Source of the DNA: the human T2T-CHM13v2.0 reference genome, Homo sapiens
Length of the DNA: 64,000 bases
NCBI RefSeq assembly: GCF_009914755.1
Contig: NC_060942.1
Strand: one strand, 5' to 3'
The stretch's first letter is position 1. Each line of letters opens with the position of its first letter. Shown here one piece after another: positions 13,592 to 28,668 of the stretch. Below the pieces are notes generated by a model. The model was not told where the DNA came from. It saw only the letters and a program-made list of their open reading frames with translations, and searched no databases. A program made the position numbers and the translations under genes.

Positions 13592-14050
13592 TTTCATTCA
13601 TTTATTCATTCAACCAATGCGTGTTTTTGGAATACCTATACCTGCTACCTATAACTATAGACACTTGAAGAGAGGTTGAAGATACAATAGTGAACAAGAC
13701 AGTCTCTGCTGTCATGAAGCTCACCGCCCATTGGGTTCATTTAATCCACAGTCTTTACTAAGCACTTACCATATGCCAGATGTTTCAAGGTCTGGGACAC
13801 AGAAAAGAGACAGACAAGACATAAACAAGTTTTTTAAGTGTCATTTTAAAAACTAACATGTCCTATGAAGAAAATGAAACAGAGAAAAAATTTTAAAAGT
13901 GATAGCCGGTGCTATTTTTAATAAATTAAGCAAAGAAGTGATGCTTGAGCAAAGACCTGAATGATTAAGACAGTAAGTCAACCAAACATCTTGGGGAAGA
14001 GCATTTCAGGCAGAGAGAGCACAAAACAAGTCCTTGAATGAAGGAGGACA
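13592..14050 (-). mobile_element. L2 3' fragments (two tails)
   Basis: ttcattcatttattcattcaac L2 tail, gtgaacaagacagtctctgctgtcatgaagctcac, and a second tail tttactaagcacttaccatatgccag. Confidence 0.7.
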
Positions 14051-14334
14051 GTGGATTGCTTCCCTAAAATCTTGACAACACTTTTAAGCTCATATGAATA
14101 ATTCCCAATTTTGCAATATTCAATTTTAAACCAATTTGCCATTAGATATATTATACACAACCAACTCTAACACATGCTTTTAACGTATGCTGAGTTTGAA
14201 GTTTGTGCAGCTTGACACTGCATGATTTTCTCTGCTCGCTTATTTATTTGTTTTCTTAGATTTGTATATACTATCACCCCTGAAATTTCCAGAAGAAATG
14301 TACATTATTCAAATATCTCAGTAGCCTATTATTT

Positions 14335-14720
14335 TTTCTTGGGGACAAATTTCCTATAGTCCTCTGTCCGCTGATCTGAATGGTTGTTCTCTAAGCTGGT
14401 TGTCATCCTTGATCTTCCTTTAAGCAGCATCTTGATTATTTTCTTCTCTTGTGTTGGAACTCCTGATTTTTGATCCCATGTCATCCTCTTTTTAAAGATT
14501 ATTTCTCATTTTGATGCATGACATCTTCTGCTAGCTTCCTACAAAAGGACACATGAGAGAAAAAATTGAGGACACGGAATATCTGAAGATGTCTGTATTC
14601 TATCCTTTATCATCCATACTAAACTGACAGTTTGTCTAGGAATAGTATTTCGAGTTGGTAGTCATTTTCTCTAAGTATTTCAAAGACATTTATCTTTTGT
14701 TTCTATTGTTCAGAGTTGCT
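14335..14720 (-). mobile_element. HAL1 fragment
   Basis: Reverse complement contains cttttgtaggaagctagcagaagatgtcatgcatcaaaatgag...gaggatgacatgggatc...ccaacacaagagaag, typical of HAL1. Confidence 0.65.
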
Positions 14721-16028
14721 AAGAAGTTTGATGCCATTCATATTTAAGAATGAAGCAATGAAAAAGCTGAATAGAAGTGCACTGTGCATGAACAGGGAAT
14801 GTCAATTTGTGGACTTTGTTACTGGGCAATCTAGCTAGGATATTACATTTGAGTACCCCAGATTCTTTTCTACAAAAGAATCTTTCATTTCTCTGCCTTG
14901 GAGAAATAATGCTGGCAGTCAACATCTTTGAGCTAATGAAGCAAAGTAGTCAGGATCTTAGCATTCAAAATACCTATATTTATTTAACCCATTTCACCAT
15001 GGAGGTAATTGCAAGCTCAGAGTCTTTCTGAGATTTACTCAGTTACTCTCCAGAGAGTAACATTCTAATCTTCTTGGGTAAAGCAGGGACATCCATCAGC
15101 TGTGCAGAATTTGGAAGTTAGGGTACTAATTATTGCAATAATTAACTCTCAACCTTATTCTCGTCTCCCTCTGTATCTGTCTCCAATCCATGAGGCCTTT
15201 TAGGTTTTCAGATGTGAATGCATCTACTTTGGTTTCAACTCTCAGTCATCTACTGCTTCAACTTCCACTTGTCCATTTGATTTCTAACTTCCAAAACGTC
15301 ATTACAATTGTCTGCTTTCTCTCTATCTTTACCCTTGTACACTAACAATTGTTTTAATCTCATTACCATCATTTAGGTTTGATTTCAGGTATATTCAACC
15401 TGTGGTATGTCTGTTGTTTTCCTCCCACAGTCAAATTCCTTTTCACAAAGAATTCCTATAAATGTAATTTTTTCTGTCTCATCTCAAGTAATTTCATCAC
15501 TGTTTAAAGCTAACTGAAAGAAGCTTAGTTTCATATATGTACTATATTTGAGATACAGATAGAAATTACTAGGCTTGCCAAAAGCTGTGTATCTTTAGGT
15601 TCATTCTGATGCTTAGGGGATTTCAATCAGTTGCATATGTGAACAATTATAAGGTACACGAATGAGCTTAAAGGATGTGTTTTAAATGCTGAAAATGTAT
15701 TATTGAAAGTTATGTTTCATACGTGGAGTATAATTAAGGATTTTACAATAGAACTTTTTCTACAACGAATAAGTTTATCACTAGTCTTTCAGAAATTTTA
15801 GTTTCAGAAAGTTTCAATAACGTATGTTCAGAACTAAAGAACTTCTCATATAATTTTAGGCCATCATCTTGAAATTAAGAAGTGTAAAAACTAAGTAACT
15901 GCTCAAATAGAACAGCATAAAGTATTTTGGTAATTCAGAGTTCTCTGTATATTTTCTGGAACTCTCTTGACTCATTAACTTTCTTTTTCAGTTGTGCAAT
16001 AATGCTCCAATATCAAAATTTGTTTTTA

Positions 16029-16344
<316 letters not shown>

Positions 16345-16602
16345 TCATGTTAATAATAATGTGCTTCATGCCCACTGAAGCACAAATCAGTGTGTTACGT
16401 CTTGGCCTTAACAAGCAATCAAGCATACTTGAGCAGGTACAAAGCACTCGAGGGAACAAGAAATCAATGTAGTATAACTAAAAAGGTTAAATATTGGAGT
16501 TTGAACACAAGTATTTATTCTTCTTGACAAAATGCCACTAAATGACACAATTTTCTTTTTTAATATATTTATTTAATATTTTTAAGACTGAAGAAGGAAA
16601 TC

Positions 16603-16902
16603 TTTTTTTTTTTAACTTTTATTTCAATAGTTTTGGTGGAACAGGTGGTGTTTGGTTGCGTGAATATGTTCTTTAGTGGTGAGTTCTGTGATTGCGATGC
16701 ACCCACAATCACCTCAGCAGTGTACACTGTTCCCAATGTATGGTCTTTTATCCTTCACCCCCACCCGCCCTTTCCCCAGAAACCCCAAAGTCCATTATAT
16801 CATTCCTGTGCCTTTGCATCCTCACAGCTTAGCTCCCACTGATAAGTGAGAACACACAATATTTGATTTTCCATTCCTGAGTTACTTCAGTTAGAATAAT
16901 GG
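16603..16902 (-). mobile_element. L1PB (L1PB1-like) 3' end, 5'-truncated
   Basis: Poly-T, then gaacaggtggtgtttggttg...ccccaaagtccattatatcattc...ttccattcctgagttacttc, the L1PB 3' UTR. Confidence 0.85.
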
Positions 16903-16919
16903 TAAATAACACAGTCTTA

Positions 16920-18130
<1,211 letters not shown>

Positions 18131-18524
18131 TTTAAAACATATTTTTTATAATTGTGGACCAGCAGTTGGCAGATCCCGATTTAAGTCCAGTCTGGTTATT
18201 CAGGAGTCCAAGCAGGTTTACTGGGTCCCTTGAACTGTATTCCCCAAATTCCAGAGCAGTTTCTAGAACAAAATAAGGAATCTCCAAATATTTGCTCCAA
18301 AACACCTTCAGGCATGTTTTGAGCATATTTTCTGAACCCAGAAGCCCCAAATTCTTGACAAAGTGTAGCATAACCATATCCTGTTCCCAAACCACGGATT
18401 GTAAAGATTTGTGCTCAGCCAGACTCCTGCCCTCTGCAGCCCCCTGTTAAATGGATTCAGCAGACTGAGAAACAGTAAGGCTCAAAGTGGCCCATCACTT
18501 TTAAGAGATTTATCTGACAAGGTG

Positions 18525-18534
18525 GGGAATTTCC
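18525..18534 (+). promoter_or_regulatory. Consensus NF-kB site GGGAATTTCC
   Basis: Exact GGGRNWYYCC match in unique sequence. Motif only. Confidence 0.3.
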
Positions 18535-19689
18535 AAGGCATCTGAGGATTTCCTAAACTTTCAGAGACCCTGCAGGCTCAGGTTTCAACATGAGTCCTTG
18601 AGACAGTTCTGAATAACCAATAGAAGGGATGGTTCCACATGCCCAGAGCCAGGAGGGCAGGACGGGAGGGCACGCTCCCTTATGGCATGGAGTGTCTATT
18701 GGGGTAAAGAAAGAGCAAGGTCATTCGTTCTTAACTCAAATATATATCCATGTACCCAACAAATGTTTTCACAATAACTTTTAAAATCTTGTCTATCACA
18801 CTTTAAAAGACTGAATATTCGTGTCCATTTAATTATTTTTAAAACTGGTGTTTTTGGAAATTTGAATATAAATAAAATAAAAAGGGAAGATGGAAGAAAA
18901 TGGTGTCTGGCATTGTGTCTTATAGCACGCATCTCTGTTTTTCTGTGTCTCATGATGGTTGCTATTTACAAAGCAAACCACACCTCCTTAACATTTCTCC
19001 CTCAACTACAGATCCACATTCTTCCCTTATCAGGGTCTGGTTCCTCCTAATCAACCTAATGTTTAACTAAAGTAACTCATGCTTGTTTTACTTATTTGGC
19101 ATGCTTTGCCTCCTCTGAGAAAATAATTTACACATTGAGCTGTTTTGAGTACACATTTTATTCAACTGTATATAGATATTTTATATTTATAAATGTACAT
19201 CATTTTATAATGTTTCAGCCTATTTAACTTAATTACAAACAGATATAGCAACTGTCTGCAAGTCGTATTACAGTTGTAAAGTAAGGATGCATTGGAAGAG
19301 CTTCCTATTAATATAAATTACTTTTAAAAAGCTGTTTTATATCAATACAAAAAGTCTTAAATTTTGAAAGCATTAATTGTATCTTTTATTCACAACACCC
19401 TGATATTGGGCAAGATTTCAAATCAAAAGAATCCAAACCCAATTATTCCAGTAGAGATGATCATTTCCCATTCTTTGGCTAGTGACTGGATTTTTAATAA
19501 CCTAAAACCTCGTTGTAAATCTTTGACTATAGCAGCCTTCAGGGAGCTTTGTGGTTTGGATTTTCGGCTGCTATCCCTAGTTGCTATCAGTTAAGGATAG
19601 AGCCCTGAACCAACTAGAACCATGTGGAGGACTCTGACGCCATGTTTACTATTCCATTACCTCCCCATATCAAAATAATGAACAAGCAA

Positions 19690-20030
19690 GAAAAAAATGG
19701 TATAAATTACCTAGAGGAGAATGCACAAATCTTAGTTGCACAGCTCAATGAATTTTGACATAAGTATATCCCCATATGTATATCCCCAAATTTGACATAT
19801 GTATATCCCCAGGTGACAAATATCCAGATCAAGAACACATTGATCACCCAAGAGAACTCCTCCAGGCCTCTTAGTGGCCCTCCCCTGTCCCAGATGTAAG
19901 TTCTTTTCTGATATCTATCACCATGAGTTAGTTTTGCATGATTTTCAAACGAAGTTAATACAAGCGAAATTATAGTCTATACTCTTCTGTGCCTGTTTTC
20001 TTTTGAAATTAATATAACATTTTTGAGATA
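19690..20030 (-). mobile_element. Old L1 (L1MC/MD/ME) 3' end
   Basis: aatgcacaaatcttagttgcacagctcaatgaattttgaca...gttagttttgcatgattttcaaac. Confidence 0.7.
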
Positions 20031-20039
20031 AACATAAGA

Positions 20040-20350
20040 CCTAAGTATGGAAAAAACAAAGTAAAATGACCTTGCTTCTAAGACACCTTGATTTATGTAT
20101 TTAAAAGTCCAAAAGCATTTGGAATAAAACGCCTATAAATAGTGAGATATTTAGCAAGGTCAAGAGATACAACGTCACTATACAGTAATCAATTATATCT
20201 CACTATATGTTTTGAATAACTTTATGGTTGATCCAATAATAAATTATTTGCTGAAATGAAAGTGTTCTTAAATATACACCCAGTGACACATAGAAACATA
20301 ACTCTAAAACAAACATGATTAATGAGGTGAAAAAAGACCTAACATATCCC
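20040..20350 (+). mobile_element. Old L1M ORF2 fragment
   Basis: aaatagtgagatatttagcaaggtcaagagatacaacgtcactatacagtaatcaatt resembles the ORF2 FSKVAGYKIN region. Confidence 0.5.
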
Positions 20351-20372
20351 TAATACCTAGTAGACAATTAAG

Positions 20373-20671
20373 GTTTGTTTTTCTTGTTTTTGAGACGAAG
20401 TCTCACTCTGTCGCCCAGGCTGAAGTGCGGTGGTGCAATCTAGGCTCACTGCAACCTCTGCCTCCTGGGTTCAAGCAATTCTCATGCCTCAGCCCCTCAA
20501 GTAGCAGAGACGACGGGCACGCACCACCACGCCTTGCTTATTTTTGTATTTGTAGTAGAGACCATTTCACCATGTTGCCCAGGCTGTTCTGGAACTCCTG
20601 GAATCAAGCAATCCACCCACCTGGGCCTCCCGCAGTTTGAGGATTACAGGAATGAGCCCCCGCGCCTGGCC
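20373..20671 (-). mobile_element. Alu (old S/J)
   Basis: Reverse Alu from tttttgagacgaagtctc to ccccgcgcctggcc. Confidence 0.92.
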
Positions 20672-20764
20672 AAGATTTTTTTTTTTTTAAATAAAGTACT
20701 AGGCAATGCACATAAGAAAATATTAGCTCTTATATTTATCATTTTGTCCTTCCTTTGAGGAACT

Positions 20765-20930
20765 TTTTAAATATTATATATAATATATGTCATATTATAT
20801 ATATCATATAATATATAGTGTATCATATATGTAATATATTATATATTATATATTTATAATACAATTTAAAATGCTATATTATATATAATATTTTAAAATT
20901 ACATTCACATAGAAATAAGGATATATGTAT
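20765..20930. repeat. AT-rich low-complexity (TA)n-like tract
   Basis: atattatatataatatatgtcatattatatatatcatata... Confidence 0.8.
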
Positions 20931-21324
20931 ATATCTCTTTATCACAAAGTATTTCATAGAGTATGAACCACTGGAAATGGGACTTTGTGTTTCTATTCTC
21001 TGCTTTTAAAAAAAGATCATCTTATGAGTAAGGAATAAAATGGAAAACATTTAGATTATCTTAAAAACTGAACTACCTCTATACACTCAGGGTGCATCTG
21101 TGTGGATGTGCATGTGCACATGTTCTTTTTTTAGAAATTATTAACACTCAGAAAAATAAATGGCCAAATGAAACAGGGGGAAGTCTTAAATAGATGTAAT
21201 CAAGTGAAGTAAAATGTAGGGCTGGCCGAAGACTTCGTAAAAAGCAAGGTTACCAGACAACTTATTTTCTATAACTAGATAAATGAATATAGGTGGCCAT
21301 AAACACCTATCTTTTGAGTTTTCT

Positions 21325-21896
<572 letters not shown>

Positions 21897-23671
21897 CTAA
21901 GTGCAGGGGTAAATTGTTATTTATAAGAAAATGTTCTTAAGTGTCTCAACTGCAATGAAATAGATCCTCAAAACGTGTAAGAGCAATGTGATGGAGAGAC
22001 TAGATTCTAATAAATGAGGTCATAAAAACTGATGTAAAAAACTGTTATATGTTTGTTTAGCAAGCATTGACCTATAACAGTCACTTTCATGTGTGATTTT
22101 CGTGTAAACATCATAGCAACGACATAGAAAAGTAATTCCACAATTTCACAGAGGTGCACACTTGGGCTCAGAGAAGGAAATGATTTTTACTCAAAATCAC
22201 AACCACTGTTTATAACTGGACAGTCACAGAGCTCCCACAAATTGAGGCACTCACTGAAAGGAAAATGCAAATGGTCAATAAAATATTTTTAAAGCCTCAA
22301 CGTCATTAAAATCGGAGAAATTAACATTTCAACCACAAATCATACAAAGCTTTAACCATCAAACTGACAAATGTAAAGAGTTCAAACTTTTCCATTGATG
22401 AAAGGATGTTCAGAGAAAGTCACTGCACAAAAAGATGTTTAAAAGAGGTGTGAGGGGGATTTAGAGGTGGAGTACAAAGAAATAATTAACTTTGTGTAAT
22501 TATTATGAAATTGCAGTGGTTAAAATAAAACATGTTCCTTTTGTGAAAGAAAAAAAGACTCTAATAAGCTAATGTTTTTTGTATAGGTATATGTGTTTTG
22601 GAAGAATGTTAATTCAATGGAAACATAAAAATGTGACTATACATAGCAAGATATGTAAAGAAACACTTTTTAATTATTATTTTTCTATAATATTAGTCTT
22701 CAGGTCATGATGAGAATTGAGGAAACTGAGGAGTTTATTGTCAATTCCAAAACTCTTTTTAAATCCTTAGTTTTGGGCAAATTTACATTTGTGATGAGCT
22801 ATGACTTTGAACAGTACTATTTCAACGCAGTATTAAGTGAAAATTATTTTTGAAATAAAAGCATGATTTATTTGATCACATCTTATGGAATTAATTAAGC
22901 ATAACTATATTAATTGCTACATAACTGAGAGCAAATTAATTGTAAGTAAATTACTTTATCACTGAATCCCTTTTAAGCAGTAGTATTATTTAATTATTGA
23001 TCACTTGTAGTGGTTAATATATTTTGCAAATTCAGGGATGATACTTAAAAGTATATAAAATTTGCATCATGTCTTCTTTAATGAAAAATGTTTTTTTCTC
23101 AATGGAATAACAAAGCACATTTCAAATGTGTTCCAAAATAGAATTTGTAAATATTAACAGTACTTTTCAATTCTCTCTTATTAGGTAAAAAAAAAATTAT
23201 AATTTGAGCACAGAGAATTTTCAATGCCCCTTAAACAGAAATGTCTTCCTTAATATCATAAATACAAAATTATCATAAGGTAAAATTTCCTGAAGGTGGC
23301 AGCATCCTAAGCAAATCTGTCTCCAACCTTTGCAGCAGGCAGTTTTTATGTATGGAGTAATATTACATTTCCTAATAAAAGGGATTAACAACAATACCAC
23401 TCATTAATAATTATGAAAACAATGTAATAGTACTCATCATGACATGATTTCTTGAAGATTTATACAGTATAGTCTCTACTGAGGAATACATAAGTTGAAC
23501 TCAATATAAATATTTTTTCAAGGTTTTTCTGAAATCTGTGAAGATTTCTGTTGATTCTCTGATTACACTAATTTTTTTTCTTGCTGAAACGTTATCTAAG
23601 TGAGAAAGTGACAGGCATACATTTTAACGTTCTAACTTTCATTTTGAGTCATACTTTAGACAAAAATAATA

Positions 23672-23996
<325 letters not shown>

Positions 23997-24862
23997 CTAC
24001 ATATTTCTTGAAATGTGAGGAAAATAATGATAACAAATGCTATGACTATGATTTTTGAAACTAAGAGTGGGCCCATAAATTGGGAAATAAATCTTAATTT
24101 AAACATTGGGTTTTAAAGTACTTACTCAATTCACTTCACAGTTACTTTGAAATAAAACCCCACAAACTTTTCTTATCTGACAATAAAATATAGTTTGATG
24201 ATTTACTTTTGAAACTGTAATGCACTACACAGGTGGTTGTGGCTGTTATCATTATTTTTAAAAGCCAAGTTTCCACATCTGTACTTTGTGATCAGGGACT
24301 CTAATAGCAAGAAATAGTTGTATCATTGGTCAACAGAGTTATTTTGAACCTAGGTATTTTCCTTCAAAATGAGATGTGCTTTCCCCCGTCATAATAATTT
24401 TGATTCCATCACTTCTTTGTTATTCCATCTCTAAAAATGAAGATAAACATCTAAATTCTACAGTGTTTGGTCAATAACCTCCCTATTTAGATTTTAGTGC
24501 CCATTCATCATTATGCATATACCAAATTAGATTGCTGTAGAAGCAAATGTTTCTCAGAAAAATAATGAAACCCTTTATTTCATAGGTTCAGAGACATGTT
24601 GCTTCTTTGTAAATGGTAACTTGCCAGCCAGCTAACCCACGGTTAAGCAAAGATAAACTCCCTGGAAGGCAACAGATGTAATCTCAGCATTATTTTTTCT
24701 TCAGAGTTTTCCCAACCAGAATTTTTGTCTCTATTCCTGTTGCATTTTCATGTTTTCTTTCTTTCCATTTCTTTCTTTCTCTTTCCCATACTCTTCTGCA
24801 TATGATTATTTTCTTCCTTTTTTTTTTCTTTCTTTTTTTCACCTCTGTCCTTCTCTCTGCAG

Positions 24863-25135
24863 TTTCTGATGCTGTGAACCTAGTGAATATTAAGGGACTT
24901 TCCTGGGGTATTTCCCAGAGGTTGAAGAAAAGCACCAGGACTGTGAAGTCACAGAAGCAGCCACAACACAGACTCTGGGAGGATGGGAAATGGCTAAAGT
25001 CATGATTTAGCCAGATGTTACAGAGTACAGGAAAAATAGAAAGTGAAGACCGGAAAAGTTCTATGCACTTTACTGAAATTGAAAACCCAAAATTCTCAAC
25101 ATGTTCATCCAATAAATTTTTTATATATATTTGGG
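24863..25135 (+). other. Candidate plus-strand terminal exon
   Basis: ~110-nt pyrimidine-rich tract ending ttctctctgcag (AG at 24861-24862), purine-rich body, and AATAAA at 25111-25116. Confidence 0.3.
24894..24916 (+). promoter_or_regulatory. Tandem NF-kB-type sites GGGACTTTCC-T-GGGGTATTTCCC
   Basis: Exact Ig-kappa/HIV kB decamer followed 1 nt later by a second kB-like site. Confidence 0.4.
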
Positions 25136-26799
25136 ATAAGTAAATTAAAATTGTATAAAAGATTTGTCTTAAATTCCTCAGCTAATATAGACAAAGTAGT
25201 ACGACTGCACAAGCATTATCATAGATTCAGATGTGGGTATGGAGAGAGAAGAACTGGTCTGCTTTATTATATATTTTGCCAAATAGAGCTTATGGAAGAG
25301 AAGATATAAGAAAAATAATGAGGAACCTGTTTTAAACTGGATATGGGATAACTTCAGCATAAGTGATAGAATAGAAGAGAGAAAAGTAAAAAAAGGAGAA
25401 AACAGGCATGACTGACTAGTATGGGAATGTGAAAGAAATAAGAAAGAAATAAAAGTAGAAATGCAAAAAGCAATGGAAGGGTTCATATAAGTGATCAATA
25501 ATTGCATCAGAATAAAATTAAGGGATATGGCCAATGGGGAAAAAGGATAATCAGGAGATTATCTGATTATAAAAGATAATGTTTGGAATAAGAGAGAGAG
25601 AGCAAAGGAAAGAGAGACAGAGAGAGAGAGATGATCAAGAGACCTGGGGAAAAAAATCTTGTTGACTGAAGTAGTAAGGTGGAAATAAATTTGGAAAGTA
25701 ACATGGAGGAAGAAGCAGTAAAATGTTGTCATGAATAAAAGGAGAGCTGGTCTGAGATCATCTGCCAAGTGGAGGAGATGTGGACACCTGAGACAAAGGA
25801 AATATCAGTGACTACTGAGCGAGGAGTTGGAGCTTTGCCATAAACCAAGTAAAGTGAAAACACTAGTTCTTGCCAGCAAGCTGACTTTCACATGAAAGGG
25901 CAACAAACACATAATTTAATTATCATTGAAAGCAAAAATGACACCAACTGTGTTTTAAACTCTTCCTCATCTCATGGGATGTGATAATAAGTGAATCATG
26001 ACAGCATCAAGCTCATTTCTGGTGCTTCACTAAAGTAACACAGTAAAAACATTAGCAGTCAAGAATTTGTGTAATTATTCAGTATCATCTTCCTGGAAAA
26101 TTTTAGATACTTTGCAATTGAGATGCATTTACATGTTTCCTGATTCCTTCTTCAAAATAAAGGTCCATATGCAGTTTTTTGCCAAAACGAACAGAGAACG
26201 GAGAGGCAAAGCAGAACTACCCCAAGCTAACCTCCTTTGCCCATGGGTAGAACAGGCTTGTCACACCGAAAGTGAAAAACTCCCCATTAGAATATTGACT
26301 CTCCTCTGTAAACATCCAGTACAAGGAAATAAGAATACATGGATGCAAAGTAAACTCTTAGTTTCTACAATTGGTAGATAAAAGCTGGTGTTAATTTTTC
26401 TTTAAGCAGCCCAGGGTGCTTGACCTCCTTGAATCTACCTATGGTGTCGGAGGAATTCGTTGACATAAAGGTCCCCCAGCTCAGCAAGAGATAAGCCAGG
26501 GAAACATTGGAGTTTATGGCCGGGTTCTCCTGATACTGTTAGAACACTAAACCTTAGGGAAAGGACTATTTTTTTTTCTTCAAACTTCAGGGAGGCAGGC
26601 TTAGAATTAATTGCCCTTCCAGACAGAGAAGAGAGAATGTGATGCCTCTGGACACAGCAGTGTCTTGAACTTAAGACAAGGACATTGCAGTGTATTTTTC
26701 TGGCCGCCTTCTTTTAGTCAGTTCTAAAGGGATTCAAAAAGCTCTTTATAAAAGCAAATTTAGAAGAAGCTCTGTCCAAACTCATAGAGTAAGTTTAAT

Positions 26800-27930
26800 T
26801 ACTTCTAAAATTAACATAAAATGTGGAAAAGTGCACCTGTTATAGGCATATGCCTCAATAAATTTTTACCAGGTAACTAGACCCATGTAACCAGCTCCTT
26901 GATCATGATCTAGAACATTACTAGAAGGCCAGCCATCACTAACTCTCCAAATGTCACCACTGGCATGAATACTGATAACAAAGTTTTGCCTGTTTTTGTT
27001 TTTTGGTTTTTGTTTGTTTACATTAAATAAATGAAATAATGCTATATGTTCTCCTTTGTGACATATAGCTTCTTCCACTCAATAGTATGTTAGTCTGATT
27101 CATCCACATATTTTGGGATTGTTCTGAGTTGGTTATTCTCATTGCTCTATAGTATTCCATTATATGAATGTGCTGTAATGTATTATTCAACCTATTATTG
27201 ATGATGTTAAAAGAAAAACTTCGGCCAAATTAAATTTAAAGTAGTTTTATTGAACAATGAACAATTTGTGAGTCAAGCAGCCCTCAGAATCACTGCAAAT
27301 TCAGGGAGACTCCAGGGATGCCTCAAGGTCAGAACAAATTCATAGACAAAAAAAAGGGAAGTGATGTACAGAAATCCAAAGTGAGGTACAGAAACAGCTG
27401 AATTGGTTACAGGTTGGCCTTTGCCTTATTTGAACACAGTTTGAACACTTGGCAGCGTTTGAGTGGTTGAAGTAAGGCTGCTGGGATTGGCCAAGACTCA
27501 GCGATTGTTACAGGCCCATACTCCTAAGTTAGGTTTTCAATCTTGTCTACCTATTAAGTTAGATTACTGTTCATCCACGATGACTCAAATATAGAAGTAT
27601 GGAGCCATTCTCAGGACATATTTAGTTTGCTTTAACGATGGACGTTTGAATAGTTTCTAGTTTGGGGACATTATTAATAGTCCTGCTATGGATATGCTTA
27701 TATGTGTCTTTCAGTGTGTATATTATTCACTTCTGAAAGGGATAGGTGGAATTGCTAAGCCATAGGTTATGTATATGTTCCTGTGTTTTACTAGATAGTG
27801 CCAAATAATTTTCCAAAGTATTTCTATCAATTTATATTTTAATTGTAATGTACGAGAGCTCCAACTGCTCTACATTTTTAATAACTCTTGACATTTTCCA
27901 TCTTTTTATTTTAGTTTTCTAATGGGTGAC
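26800..27930 (-). mobile_element. Old L1 (L1ME-like) 3' region, split by a MER57 LTR
   Basis: aaaagtgcacctgttata...gtattccattatatgaatg...ctattgatg|LTR|gacgtttgaatagtttctagtttgggg...aattgctaagccatagg. Confidence 0.75.
27205..27637 (-). mobile_element. MER57-family solo LTR (ERV1)
   Basis: Reverse complement begins gttaaagcaaactaaatatgtcctgagaatggctccatacttctatatttgagtc and ends ...ttttaaca. 4-bp TSD-like atga / atgg. Confidence 0.8.
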
Positions 27931-28437
27931 CATATGGCTTTAGAGCTGTACTGTAGGAATAGTTGAAGAGTCTCAGACCAAATCCTGAAAATTCCAGTTG
28001 TAAATGATATATTTGGGTCTCACATCCTACTCGGGTATGTGATTTTGGTGATTGAAAATAAATTGATTTCTAAAAAAACCTACCTAGCAAACAACTTTAC
28101 TCATCAACAAAAACTGTGAAAAGCAGTTGTGGGGCCAATTCTTCAATTCATTACATCCAACAAACCTCCAGTTTCAAGGATTATATTTTTTCTAGTAATT
28201 TCATTTTTCTTCCGAATAGTTTTACTTTTAACCAGTCTAGTTATCTACTCTTTTATAGGTTTATCCAAAATGCTTTAGTTTTTTCAAAGCCATAAAGGAA
28301 TCTTTAGAAAACTTGTTATACATGAAAATGTTGTTCATTAAGTTATTACTATATGCTATTAATCATGATAATTATCAGGGATCCAAAGATGAATAAAATA
28401 GAGTCCATTTTTCAGTGATTTACAAACTAAGGAGTAG

Positions 28438-28668
28438 ATAATAATAGCTAACATTCTTTAAGTGTTTACTATGTATATTTTACATGTATTATCTCATTTA
28501 ATACTTACAACAAATATACTAGTAGGTTCTACTATTGTCCCCTATTATAGATGAGGAAACTGAGGCACAGAGATGTAAAGAAACTTATCCAAGGTAGCAA
28601 TGATGTTGAAATATGATTCAAATCTGGGAAGTCTGATTTCAGAGTACACTTTAAACCATTACGCCACC
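28438..28668 (-). mobile_element. MIR
   Basis: aataatagctaacatt...attatagatgaggaaactgaggcacagagatgtaaag...gattcaaatctgggaagtctga. Confidence 0.85.

Noticed and set aside
24690-25112. 140-aa minus-strand ORF with a poly-Lys/Arg stretch
   Set aside because: The basic stretch is simply the reverse complement of the pyrimidine tract. No coding features.
25280-25830. Purine-rich stretch, possibly a decayed L2
   Set aside because: Too degenerate to assign by eye.
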